Shown piece after piece: positions 33,201-43,531 of a DNA stretch of 64,000 nucleotides. The notes beneath the pieces were generated by a model that searched no databases, was not told the DNA's origin, and saw only the letters and a list, made by a program, of their open reading frames with translations. Source of the DNA: Azolla caroliniana (taxonomy: Eukaryota > Plantae > Polypodiophyta). The DNA lies in the NCBI GenBank assembly GCA_043228905.1, contig JBHGNT010000004.1, positions 20,646,001-20,710,000 on the forward strand, read 5' to 3'. Made by a program: the position numbers and the translations under genes. Position 1 is the stretch's first letter, and every line of letters starts with the position of its first letter.

Positions 33201-33575
33201 ACTATCACAATCCTTAGTGTTCTAACATCATGCTCTCATGCAGGCTTAGTGGATAGGGGTTGTGAATACTTTGGGGATGTAAGGAAGGATAATAAAGCAT
33301 TTCTAGCTGATGAGCACTATAATTGCTTATTAGACCTCATGGCACGTGCAGGGCAATTGGATAAAGCAATTGAAATAATAGAAAGCATGCCATTGCAGCC
33401 TAAGCCTATGATGTGGATGGCATTGTTGGGTGCATGTCGGAAGTGGGGAGATGTAGAGCTTGGTAGATATGCTTTCATTTCTGTAGTTGAATTGTCTTCA
33501 GATGATAAACAAGCTACACCATTTGTCCTCATGTCAAATATTTATGGAGATTCTTACATGTGTGAAGATGCATGA
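30243..33575 (+). CDS. Single-exon PLS-class pentatricopeptide repeat protein with E domain and no DYW (organellar RNA-editing specificity factor type)
   Basis: 1110-aa ORF with repeated P/L/S motifs (FVGNTLVDMYAKCGSL.DA..VF; DVVSWT.LI; T....LKAC). It ends LTSCSHAGLVDRG...HYNCLLDLMARAGQL...MPLQP...WMALLGACRKWGDVELG...FVLMSNIY and stops within the E region. Confidence 0.95.
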   Translation: MMPPIMAYNFVKMLQDCRKKKNSAFALRSHSEMCSNGLEVHPAIGNYLVPMFVDCGSLTDAERVFLKLIQRNEQSWTSLIRGFTESGKCLDAFHLFHSMQMDQVPASAFTFRVLIKACSRLQALKGGHYIHMETVRESCESDSFVGNTLVDMYAKCGSLADAQGVFNQLEHRDVVSWTSLIGGYREAGDNEEVLRCWDQMQHEKVFPNVVTYASVLLSCGSTEALDKGCEIHRDAVKNGFEQDSFVGNALINMYGKHGALLEAKEVLEEMFVKDVVSWTTLIAAYAKHGFFNDAQECLVQMKEGGVSPNLVCWNAVISEYAEHGLGEVALQCMEKMQQESIYPDIITLTSITKACGKAKCISRGRTTHSQIMKMGSEKETFVGNALVDMYGKCGSLDEARGTFDGLEDRDVISWTCLISGNAENGLIEEANNCLSEMQQKGIPITITTWNAVIAAFAEGLGEEALKCFKKLRLEMGVPPDEVTYTCTLKACCRIGAIDSGRDIHAEVINVGFESDPFVASSLIDMYAKCGTLVEAQEVFSKVPVKDPVLWSILVIAYADHGLGEEVVKCIQQMQQDCMGLSTLPIHSLKACDNIGDIMMGQRLHIQMVKQGLEGDITIGNVLIAMYANHLLFLEAHSTLDHLSMHRDVASWNALIAAYSGQRIGSEDIKKCLKRMELDGVSPDSTTHVWSLRCAATFEALCWGQKIHCEIVKAGFETESSTCISLVEFYANHGSFAEANNIANQLIVFDDVAWMALCVGYEQNKLFKETLDCLKKMQQKGFCMKPNMFVMGLKACGAIKALAQGYELHSNLVKHGLETHSFIGNTMINMYANCGSIVEARAVFDNTLSQNLVSWNALIKGYAENGLGEEALNCSVKMETEGVKMDAITIVSVLKVCGNLGMAEKGREKHMNLIKYGLETECNASAALIDMYVKCGLLKEASEVFNQLIVGDVVSSTAMISGYACQGKVKKVSSLVSRMKRKGIQEDTITILSVLTSCSHAGLVDRGCEYFGDVRKDNKAFLADEHYNCLLDLMARAGQLDKAIEIIESMPLQPKPMMWMALLGACRKWGDVELGRYAFISVVELSSDDKQATPFVLMSNIYGDSYMCEDA

Positions 33576-34369
33576 TGAATCTCAGTCATATGGTATATGG
33601 CCAAACTGGCCATCCCATACTATGATGAGAGGAGGTGCTCAAGTCAAGCAGGGGAACGATGAGGGAACTTTAGAGGGGATATCCAAGTGGTTGGAAAGCT
33701 GAAAAAGACTACGAAACAAACCAGCGAAAGCCAACCCCCTAATCTTGAAAAGAGCTTGAATGTTCTGCTATCAAACAAACAAGGAAAGAAGCCTCAAAAT
33801 TCGAAACCCAGCAACTAGTGTGGCTACCTCAATCATTTGGCACCCCCATAGTGCATTTTCTTGGGATCGTTACCCATGGGGAGGAAATGATGGTCTGTTT
33901 CTCCGAGGTAGTTGCTCCATGAATGAAAAAGAGAGGACTAGGAGCGAGAAAGCAGGAAGACTTCTGGCATTTGCTATGCATTCGATCGAAGCGCAATCAC
34001 ATTTGTCTTTTTCCTTGTTTAAATTTGGCAAACCCTCGAATGCTCATAGCGAGGTTCTCTGGTTGCGAAGAGTTAGTAATGAATGTTTCATACACAAATC
34101 AAATGCAGCAAAAGCATCACTATTTCTGAATGATCACTTTTTCTCCTACTTTGCTTCTGCAAGCTGCTTTCTCTGTTCGCGTTCCTAAACATGTAGCCCT
34201 TTACCCCATGTGATCTCGACTGAGGAGGCCAAGCAACACAACCAAGTCATGTATATATATATGATTGGGGCAACCATAACCCTCAATCCCACATCGATGT
34301 CTTCGGATTGTATAATAAAACAAATAGTCAAGTCTCACACAATGTTGTAACTAATGACACAATTATCTT

Positions 34370-34650
34370 AAGGACTTAATTAAGCCCACGTAATTAATCG
34401 CAGAGTCAATGTAACCAATCAATCACATAACACATGATTAATGTAACCAGTCATGCAGTGCACGTAAAAATTGCATTAATGATCCTAATCATATGGCTAA
34501 TGTATCTAATCACATAATGAATATTACTAATTAATGCACCTAATCACAGAACTAATTTACCTATTCATAATTAAAAGACATACTAAACATAGCTGATCAT
34601 ATAAATAATACGTGGGTAATCAGATAATTAATGTAATTAATTGCTATAAT
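34370..34650. repeat. AT-rich degenerate minisatellite (TTAATG.A.C.AATCACAT-like units)
   Basis: Recurring AATGTAACCAATC, AATGATCCTAATCA, AATGTATCTAATCACA and AATGCACCTAATCACA at ~30-45 bp spacing. Confidence 0.55.
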
Positions 34651-34724
34651 TAGTCCGTTTTTGAATTATCACTTTCTTTGAGTCTTTCATTCATTCTTTC
34701 CTTTCTCCTTTTTCTGCGTAGCAG

Positions 34725-37700
34725 ATGGAGTCAGCTATGGAAGCTTTCTTGCTCTCTCAAGTACCTTCATGGGAAGACGACGTCGTCTCCATAGCTCGAT
34801 TCAAGGCGTTCTCAGGACAACGGTCAGACTGGGAATCTCGTTTCTTCTTTTGGAGAGATCTCATCATCAGTGTTGCTCGCCATCTCAATCTTCTTATCAT
34901 CGACACGCATCAGGTATTACCTTTCAAGACTTGAGAAATTTTATTTTCTCAGCGAACGGATCCTTTATTTCCTTCTGTCTTGAAGGATCTTCTTCTCCAG
35001 TAAACAGATCCTTTCTTGATTTCAATGGTGGAAAATCTCACGGTTTTCATGCTACTCTTTCAATTTCTTTTCAGTTTAGTAAACTTACATTTTGCTATAT
35101 ACTTTCATTTTTTTTCTTCTTACAACGAATATATTGTTGTCTCCTTTCAATGATACTAGTAAATCACAGTTTCTGCGTGGTATTTTTTCCGTTTGATACG
35201 GATTTCTTCACCTCAATTTTTTTTTTCTTTGACGGATGAATTGTGCAGTTTTTCGTGGTGTTATATTAGTTTCCTATTTCTCTTTGTTTCAGGTTTATTC
35301 AACTATTGTTTCCCTTATATATGGTAGAAAACATGCGTTCTTTCAGTCACCTCCTTCCATTTCTCTCAGATGTTTTTGATTCTCTGTTTCCTTGAATTGT
35401 AGAAACCAAGTATTACGAGATATTCTTTCGTTTTCTCATGTGTTTTGATTCGTTTGTATCGTCAACTTTTTTGCTTCTTTAATGTTAGAAAAAATCACAG
35501 TTTTGGTATTGCTTTCCTGTCAATCCAGATGTAATTTCCATTTCAGTTTGGGTGCTCAAATCATTTATTTCACAGTTTATTGTGGTATACTTTCAACTTT
35601 GGTGCGGTTTTCCTTCAGTCTTCTTTCTTCCAGTTGTTTCATATCTTTAACTCTTGTTTTCTTTGTTGTGAGAAAACCACTTTTCAGAATATTTATTCAG
35701 CTTTCAGGCTTCCACTTGTTTCAGGATATCTTCCACTTATTTGTAGAAAACCATATTTTTGGCATGTTTCTCAGTTTTCTTGCATAAAGCACCCCTAGAT
35801 GAAGCTACACAAGGATTGTCAAAGTAATTGCATAAAGCAGCTACAAATGCCTTTCCTCACACAATGGCCAATGCCCCCAAACATAGTAGTCCTACGAAAT
35901 AGTTGGTATGATGAGAAATGTCGTGATACCAGGAGATGCTTGCAGTGTTTAGTAACTCAGGTTATTTATACACACAAACAAGCAAGAGCAACCTTCCAAC
36001 ACCTCATGAGAAAGAAGAAGAGATTTGTATTTAGCTAAATTTGAAGATCGTTTGTCTCGCTTGTTTCTAGGAAAAGAAAGTAAAAGAGCATGGAAAGTGT
36101 TTAATGAGAGGTAACCTACCACGCAAGTGACCTCAACTCAGGTGTGGCATGAATATACTAAGGTCCTATATGATATCCTAGGGCAGCCTCCACTTGGAAG
36201 CCCACATGGCTCACTCCCACATAAATCCACCTTTTTGACTACACAAAATGTAAGAAATGCCATTGATTGGTTACAATTTGGGAAGGCCTAGGATCATGGT
36301 GGATTGGTTGGTGAGCACTTTATCTATGCCCATGACATCTTGCTCCCATTGCCAGCATACATCTTTAATAGAGCCATGTGAGAAGGTTTCCCTACTAGCA
36401 GGACAGAACATACCATTCTGCCAATCCTCAGGAGTGGAGACCCCATGATGTCAAGCAGCTATGGAACAATTATGATTGGCCATTACTTGGCTAAACTATA
36501 TGGCTCGATTCTAGAGTCAGAATTGAGTAAATGGGCAGAGCGAAATCGCTGTTGTTCAGCTGGACAGGCAGGCTTCTGAAGGGGTTCACAACTTTGGAAC
36601 ACATATTGACCCTCTGAGCCCTTATTGAGTAGGGCAGAGCCCATAATAAGAGGATTTATTGCTGCTTTGTGGATTTCTGAAAAGCCTTTGGCACTGTGCT
36701 ACATGCTCGGTTTATGCAACGGCAAGAAGACCTTGGTGTCGGTACAGATATGCAATGGGGAATCTATACACTATATGAATCCATGTCGGGAAAAGTGCAG
36801 TCTCCCAAGAGTTTGTCAGAGGCGGTGGCTAGCACAATTTGAGGGAAACAAGGATGCCCACTATCACCCACTCTCTTCTGTCTCTATATAGATGAGGTAG
36901 CACATTACATAGATTCGGGGTTCAAGAGCATGCCTAGTGGGTATAGCTATACAAATATTACTATATGCTGAGGATATCGTGCTGATTTCTGACTTGCCAG
37001 AGGGACTACAAAGACATATAAATGCCTTAAAGAGTATTTTGTACAGACAAAGATTTGTCGATAAACATGAATAAAACTGAAGTGATGGTGTTTAACACGA
37101 CTCCAGCATGGGTAACAAGATCAGAACCAGAATTTTTCCTGGGAGAGGAAAAGGTGGAATACACACGCTCCTACACATACCTACGAGTGACATTTACAGG
37201 GCTTAGGTTCTCCTTATGGGAGGTTGCTTGTGCCTGGCTTTCTTGTGGATATGCAACCCTTGGCGCTCTCGAAAGACAACGTGCACATTTGCAGTTCCAA
37301 GAGCCACGAACTAAATTGTGGCTATTTGATACACTTGTGACACCAACTCTTCAATATGGAGGAGAAACATGGGGACCGAGTCTTAACAAGGCGAATTATT
37401 GGAAAGATTTAGAGAGAAATTTAGTGTCAATGATTGCCTGCATGATAAAGAGCAAATCGTCGGTGCCCCATGATATAATTTGGGTAAAGATTGGAGCAGC
37501 CCTATAATCACTGAGGCACTTATTCCGATCAGTGACTTGTATCCAATGTCTCTAGGAGCTTCCTAAAGGAAGGTACTCAAGGTTGGCACTTATGTCATCA
37601 AGACAACTGGCTGAACATGGAGACACTAATTGTTGGTATGTTGAGATGCAACAATGGTTCAAATCACATGGCATAAGCATAAATGCGCTACCCCCGTTCT

Positions 37701-40700
37701 AATATAACTTGGATTGTCCCCATCTAAACATGACCGAAGTGGAAAAGGATAGAGTGATCTGAACTGATATTATTAACTTGGAAAGCAAGATAACATGGAT
37801 CAGCCCCAAAATATCACTTGGTACAAAGATGGTTACTACAAGACACATCAGAGAATGGATTCATCATCAGGCCACTTTACATAGACATGCATCTATCCTA
37901 TGCACTGCATAGTGTGATAGGGCAGTTGTGAACTTCATCACATCAATTAGAGATTGAGGTAGGCAGATATGCACAAATACCTCTAGAAGAAAGAATTTGC
38001 CAATTGTGTCGGCAAGGAGTGGAATCTGCAGAACACTATGTTTGTCACTATTGTGTCTTTTATAAAATAAGAGGGAGATACCATTGCCCCTTTAAACAAG
38101 GCTTTGGCACACTATACAAGGTAATGGAATATGAGGACCAATGGTGCCTAAGACTTTTCTTGCTAGAATTCAAGAGACACACAAAAAAGTTGTCGAAGGA
38201 GAACAGTACAACCACACAAGCTCATCCACAAAGAACAATCACAACTTTCTTTAGCCCCATCACTCCTATTGATGCTACAATTCAATCAAGGGCTACACAA
38301 ATGGGCTCCTGACCAGGACATAACAAAGTGGTTACAATAGATCAGACAATAGCTATTTTTCGTGCACGTAAGCCCCGGTCCCATGGACCACGACCTCACC
38401 ACCCTTGTCATTAATAGATTAAGGTCATTATCTCCCATCATCGCAAGTGCTTCCCTTGCTTCGGAGACCTCTCCATTCAAGATTGACCTATGCTAGAAAT
38501 CTTTCGAAGACAAAAGCCACAATATATCTTACTTGAGAATCTTACATGTGTGAATAACACGTTTCCTTAGTTTCATTTATCTTACTTGTTTTTATGTTTA
38601 TTTAGTAACATTTATCTTATTTTGATTTGTTGTTCTCAAAGACAAGACGACACTTAAGTTGTAATCTCTTGTTTGGTCTTATAGTTTTGGCCACATAAAA
38701 GACGTTAATATATCTTTCTTTCTTGCATTCATTTGGTTTAGATGTATTCTTAACATTTCCATTCTGGATCGACCTATGCTAGAGATCTTTCGAAGACAAA
38801 AGCTACAATATACCTAACGTGAGAATCTCACATGTGCCAAAAACCAGATTCCCTCGTTTCCTTTCTTTTCATCTTATTTACTTTTATATTTACTGTGTAA
38901 TATTTATTTTATTTTGATTTGTTCTCAAAGACGAGACAACACTTCAGATGTAATCTCTTGTTTGGTCTTATAGGCCATTTTGGCCTCTTAAAAGATGTTA
39001 ATATATCTTTCTTTCTTTCTTTCTTTCTTTATTAATAGAAAACCACAATATTTGGTGGCAGCCTTTCAGTTTCCTTGCTTCCATTGCTTCAAACATCTTT
39101 TATTCATTGTTTTCTTTACTGATAAAAACTAATATGGTTGACAGCTGAATCAAAACAGAAGCAAGAAAACTGGAAGATGTTCCACATTAATTATTTATCT
39201 ATATGAATGTGGCAGTTTTACATTCTGATACCAAAACACAATTTAGCCTTGTGTGAAAACGTTGGACAATATATTTCTTTCTATTGCCTTACACTTGTTT
39301 ATTTTGTTTTGATTTTCAGACCTCGTTTGTGTTGACAGGTACAACATTTTTGGTTCCTTCGAGGAGGATTAACACCTTTGTGCATAAATCAAGTATTGGT
39401 ATGTAAGTTTTGTTTAGTTTTTTCAATAAATAAGCATATACAGTACATGAGTGGAACTATCATTACTTTAAAATGGCCACAAAGGAAAAAAGTTGAGAAT
39501 TTTGCAAAATTTTACTCACATCATCTTTGAGTATCATGTAAAAAATGCAGTTTGGTATTAGTAATCAATAGAGATGGGAGTAAGAAAATAAGCGCAAAAT
39601 TATCTCTGAGAGAAGAAATGAGATGCTTACTATGCCTCGATATAAAGGAAGAAACTGAGTGACTATTCAAAACAATCAGCAGCTTGTGTGGTAAATGAAA
39701 TACTGCCGCACTAGGAACTAAGTGTGCCAAATAGAAGAAAGGAACCACAGTACAAGAGTTAGCTTTCTGGGTCATATTTAGAGCCCAAATACAGCTGCCA
39801 TATAAGAACACAACTCAACTAATGGAAATGGAATGAAATGATGGAAGTGAACCAAGTAGAGCCTGATGTAGGCAGACCTTGATAGTGAAGGTAACTATTG
39901 CATCTCTGGTTCAATTTCCTTGTAACCATTTTCCATGCATCATTCCATTCATTTGGTTACAACTTTACATGCAATAGCATGAAGTATATTGGGAATGCAA
40001 AAATCATTTTTTTGTTCCACTGAATGCTGTTTCCTGATACTTGGTTGTAGACCAATATCCATTCATGTTAACATAAGTGAATGTATCTGTGATAGCTAAG
40101 CCCTGGATAGGTAACGCAGGCAAAGTCCCTTATGGACCTCAGATGAGTATATATTGGCTAGCACATGGCTGAAATAAATGGCAATGTGTGGGGTTTATGC
40201 TGCATGTGTGGCAAATGGCAGCTCCAGTGAGCAGAGAGACGAGTGGGCATGATTATATGGATGTATGGAATTGTAAGGATGTAACAGTTATGTATGTGGA
40301 ACCCCCCCATTCTGCCCTCCTGCTATCATAGAAAATGTAGAGTATGAGAGCAAACTTATATCAGTAAATGTGTATAATTCTTTCCTCTGTGGGCTCTAAA
40401 TGGATCCTAAAGCAACCTGTTTTCAGATCTCGTGTGAATGTATACGACTCTGCAACTCTGTTCTAAAGAGTATGGCCAGCCATCTAGAATTCTCATGAAG
40501 TCCTCTGCTTTACACACTCTGTAATAGGCTCCTCTTTAAATTCTAATGTGTCTCTGTTAGCAGTATGATATTTAGACCACTTATCAACTCTTCGAGGGCT
40601 CGTGGAGAATGATGATAGTTCGATTCCATTGCATTGTATCATTTTATTAAAATTCGTTTGCTATTTAAATCCAGCCATGTTCACCGTTTCATACAACGAG

Positions 40701-43531
40701 AATCTTTATATCTCTGGAGGAGAGAACTTAGAAATATTATATATTTTTACATAATGGGTTCTATTTTGCAGATTGAAATGTATAAAGATGGGGACCTGAA
40801 GGATTTGGACAATCACCAAGTAAATGCATCAAACGTTGTTTGGTTTTGGCAAAAAGTCAGGAAAGGGTTTTTTGGGAAGAACCAGGAAATATATATGAAT
40901 GCTGATGTCAACATGAGAAGCCGCTTTGTTGTGACGAATTTAGTGCATGTAACTTGAAGGTTTTTTATTTATGTTTATTTACTCGGGTTATGCAAAATAT
41001 GAGAACGTCATGATAATAAGTGATTTTTAGGGTTTAGATGGCATTCATTTAGATATCAATGGCAATTTTATTTCATGTTTTGTTGTTTTTATATTTATAT
41101 GTAGATAACATATGCATTTTCTGAAAGTGTTTGTTTCCAATTAATTTCTACTGTATAGGAACGCCTTGTGAAGATTGCAAAGGCAGTTTCTGAAAACTGC
41201 TGGACAGCGTCATGTTTAACAACAATGTCTCACTTTATTGAGCTCTGCGGAGGGGAAGAGGAGGCAGAGGTTATTAAGAAAGAAATGATAAGAACTAAGA
41301 GAGGACAAGTTTTTACCACCAAGGGTAACATTGTAGTTCAGGTGCTCTCTCCACTTCACCTGATGTAATCTTTATTTCTAGGTCCTAGTTTGCACATAAT
41401 TATTATACATCTTGTTTGTTGAACTGTATAATTATGACAGTGTTGTTGTGTACGAAGTATATGTATTATACAGACTATAACTTTTCTAGAGTCTAGTTAC
41501 TGTACGTGGATAAAGGTATGGGCATTTCCAAGATGAAGTAGATTAATAAGATTGGCTTAATGATGAGGCTCCACTTCATGTATAGCCTATTTTAACAGAA
41601 TTGAGATGTTTGTTGAGAAAGCCTCAAGTCCATCATAGTCAGACCAATCCTATCTCTTTCTTTGCAGTACAAGATTTGGTCAGATTTCATATTTGGATCC
41701 TCTATTCTTGTGATTGAGAGTATGTATCATTCTACTCTATTATAGAGGCCATATAGGTATTATTACAAGTCCTTTGTGCAACGTTAGAGGCCATCATTCT
41801 ACTCTATTATAGACCCATATAGGTATTATTGCTATGCATTAACTTGCAGGCTGAGTTCTTACTCCGTAACAATGATTGAGAGGTGATGGGTTCAATGTTA
41901 TGTATGGCAGGGGATAACCTCTCATTACCTCAAAATCTCATGTTAGACATCGGTAACCTAGACTATAATTGGATCTTCTATTCTTATGATTGAGAGTTTG
42001 TACCTTGAATTATTTGTGTGGTGTTAGAGGCCATCGCTCTACTCTATTATACACCCTACTAGGGATTATTTCTATGATTCATGTAGCAGGCTGAATTCGT
42101 ATGCTGTAAAAGAGAGGTGATATATTGAATGTTATGTATTGCAGGGGGTTAAGTTCTCATTGCCCCAAAATCCCGTGTCGGATATCAATAATCTAGACTA
42201 CTATCTGCTTCAACTCTATTGGACACAAGAAAAACTCGTGTCAGGGATGAATGTAATGGAGAAAGCATACAGTAGGTAATACGATGAAAAATCTAAAGAC
42301 TCAGGCAAGCATCCATCTAACATGAATTCTGATAGTAGGATTAATGGTTTCAGGTCAAAGCAGTCTGCAATGAGATGTATGCAACTAAAAGATAGGAATA
42401 GTGCCAAGAGGCATGCATATTCCATGCGCAGACTCTCAGCAAGTATATCAAAAAGTCTTGAGTTTCAAGAAAAGATACATGGGGTTCTCGTATTCATATC
42501 AGAGGCAGAAATGAGCAAGCAGGTTCTAACCAGCTTTAATATTATTATTTTTTGCTCATATTTGCTTTTTACTTTCTATTTTTACTAACCTGATTTGTTT
42601 GGTAGGTTTTTGAAGCAATTAAAGTAGGTAAGGATGCTTTGAAGGAGCACATGATAGCTTTGGAAGATATCCAAGGTTGTCTGCAAGAAGTTGATGAAAC
42701 AATTTCACTACACAGAGAAGCTGCAAGTGCTCTTGGTATGTATGATTGGTATAAACAAACTAATTTTGTCCCAAAAAACTCTTTCTCAAGCATTGTTCAT
42801 GGCATTTGTATTTACTAAAACTTGAGGTTTCAATTGCTTTTCAAATTTAGTCAGGATCATGCATGTGTGTGTGCTTTCATTCCCATGATTATACAGGTTT
42901 TCATGACTGCAATGTCTATCCGTTACTTGGATTCTTGTGGTTTTACGTGCCCGTGAAATACTGATCTTTATTTCATCAATATTACATAGCCTTTCTCCAC
43001 ACTATGCATGATAAAGTCCACAGTTTTGCACCTCCTGGGCACTCCAGGAAGTAACAAAGTTCTGTGTTTTTCCCACGTGTTCAGTTTCATTTGTTTTTGT
43101 GGGTTTCTTTTCATTTATTATTAACATACTTATAAATTCTTATTCAAAAAACATGACTGCTTCAGTGGACCAGTAGCATAATATCCTTGGCATCTGCGTC
43201 TTAACTCCAGATATAAAAAGTGGATATATAGATTTAATAGAGGAAGTGTGTTATTTAGAAATATGATCTGTTTCTTATCAGCAATATACTGAATGCATTT
43301 TGTTGATTGTTTCTTCATACAGAGTTTCAGACAGAAGGAAATGAAGATGGCGAGCTTGAGTTAGAACTTGCGGAGCTAGAACTTGGGATGTTAAATGAAG
43401 AGGTTGAGATTCCTTCTCCGGGGGTTGATTCACTTCCTGTTTCAGTGAATGAGGATACACATGAAGCTTCTTCAGTTGAGGATGTAGTGGATGTTTTCAA
43501 GCATATGTCTCTTGAGCCAGAACAAGCATGA
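34725..43531 (+). CDS. CHMP7: CHMP7 (ESCRT-II/III hybrid, winged-helix plus Snf7 domain)
   Basis: N-terminus VPSWEDDVVSIARFKAFSGQRSDWESRFFFWRDLI matches plant CHMP7 as recalled. Approximate exons 34725-34913, 39339-39398 (WFLRGGLTPLCI), 40772-40948, 41159-41341, 42145-42275, 42354-42522, 42606-42735 and 43323-43531 (acidic EDGELELELAELE tail) join in frame at GT-AG sites. Confidence 0.88.
35786..38718 (+). mobile_element. 5'-truncated, decayed non-LTR retrotransposon (RTEX-like ORF2) in CHMP7 intron 1
   Basis: Fragmented RT motifs: NSWYDEKC, GQAGF, FVDF.KAF, QGCPLSPTLF.LYIDE, LLYAED, INMNKTEVMVF, LFDTLVTPTLQYGGETWG. C-terminal TSSHQLEIEVGRY...ERICQLC..VESAEHYVCH. (CTTT)n tail. Candidate TSD TTTCTTGCAT at 35776-35785 and 38719-38728. 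Confidence 0.8.
38765..39030 (+). mobile_element. Second, short 3'-end copy of the same LINE with a (CTTT)n tail
   Basis: GA.CGACCTATGCTAGA.ATCTTTCGAAGACAAAAGC.ACAATATA through GTTAATATATCTTTCTTTC repeats 38481-38720 with many substitutions. Confidence 0.8.
41690..42200 (+). repeat. Tandem duplication covering the intron 4 acceptor and the start of CHMP7 exon 5
   Basis: GCAGGGGATAACCTCTCATTACCTCAAAATCTCATGTTAGACATCGGTAACCTAGACTA (~41907-41967) mirrors the true exon start GCAGGGGGTTAAGTTCTCATTGCCCCAAAATCCCGTGTCGGATATCAATAATCTAGACTA (42141-42200). The upstream intron blocks are duplicated as well. Confidence 0.75.

Noticed and set aside
33487-34188. ORFs downstream of the PPR gene as a detached E+/DYW domain
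   Set aside because: No PG box, HxE(x)nCxxC or DYW-like terminus in the translations provided.
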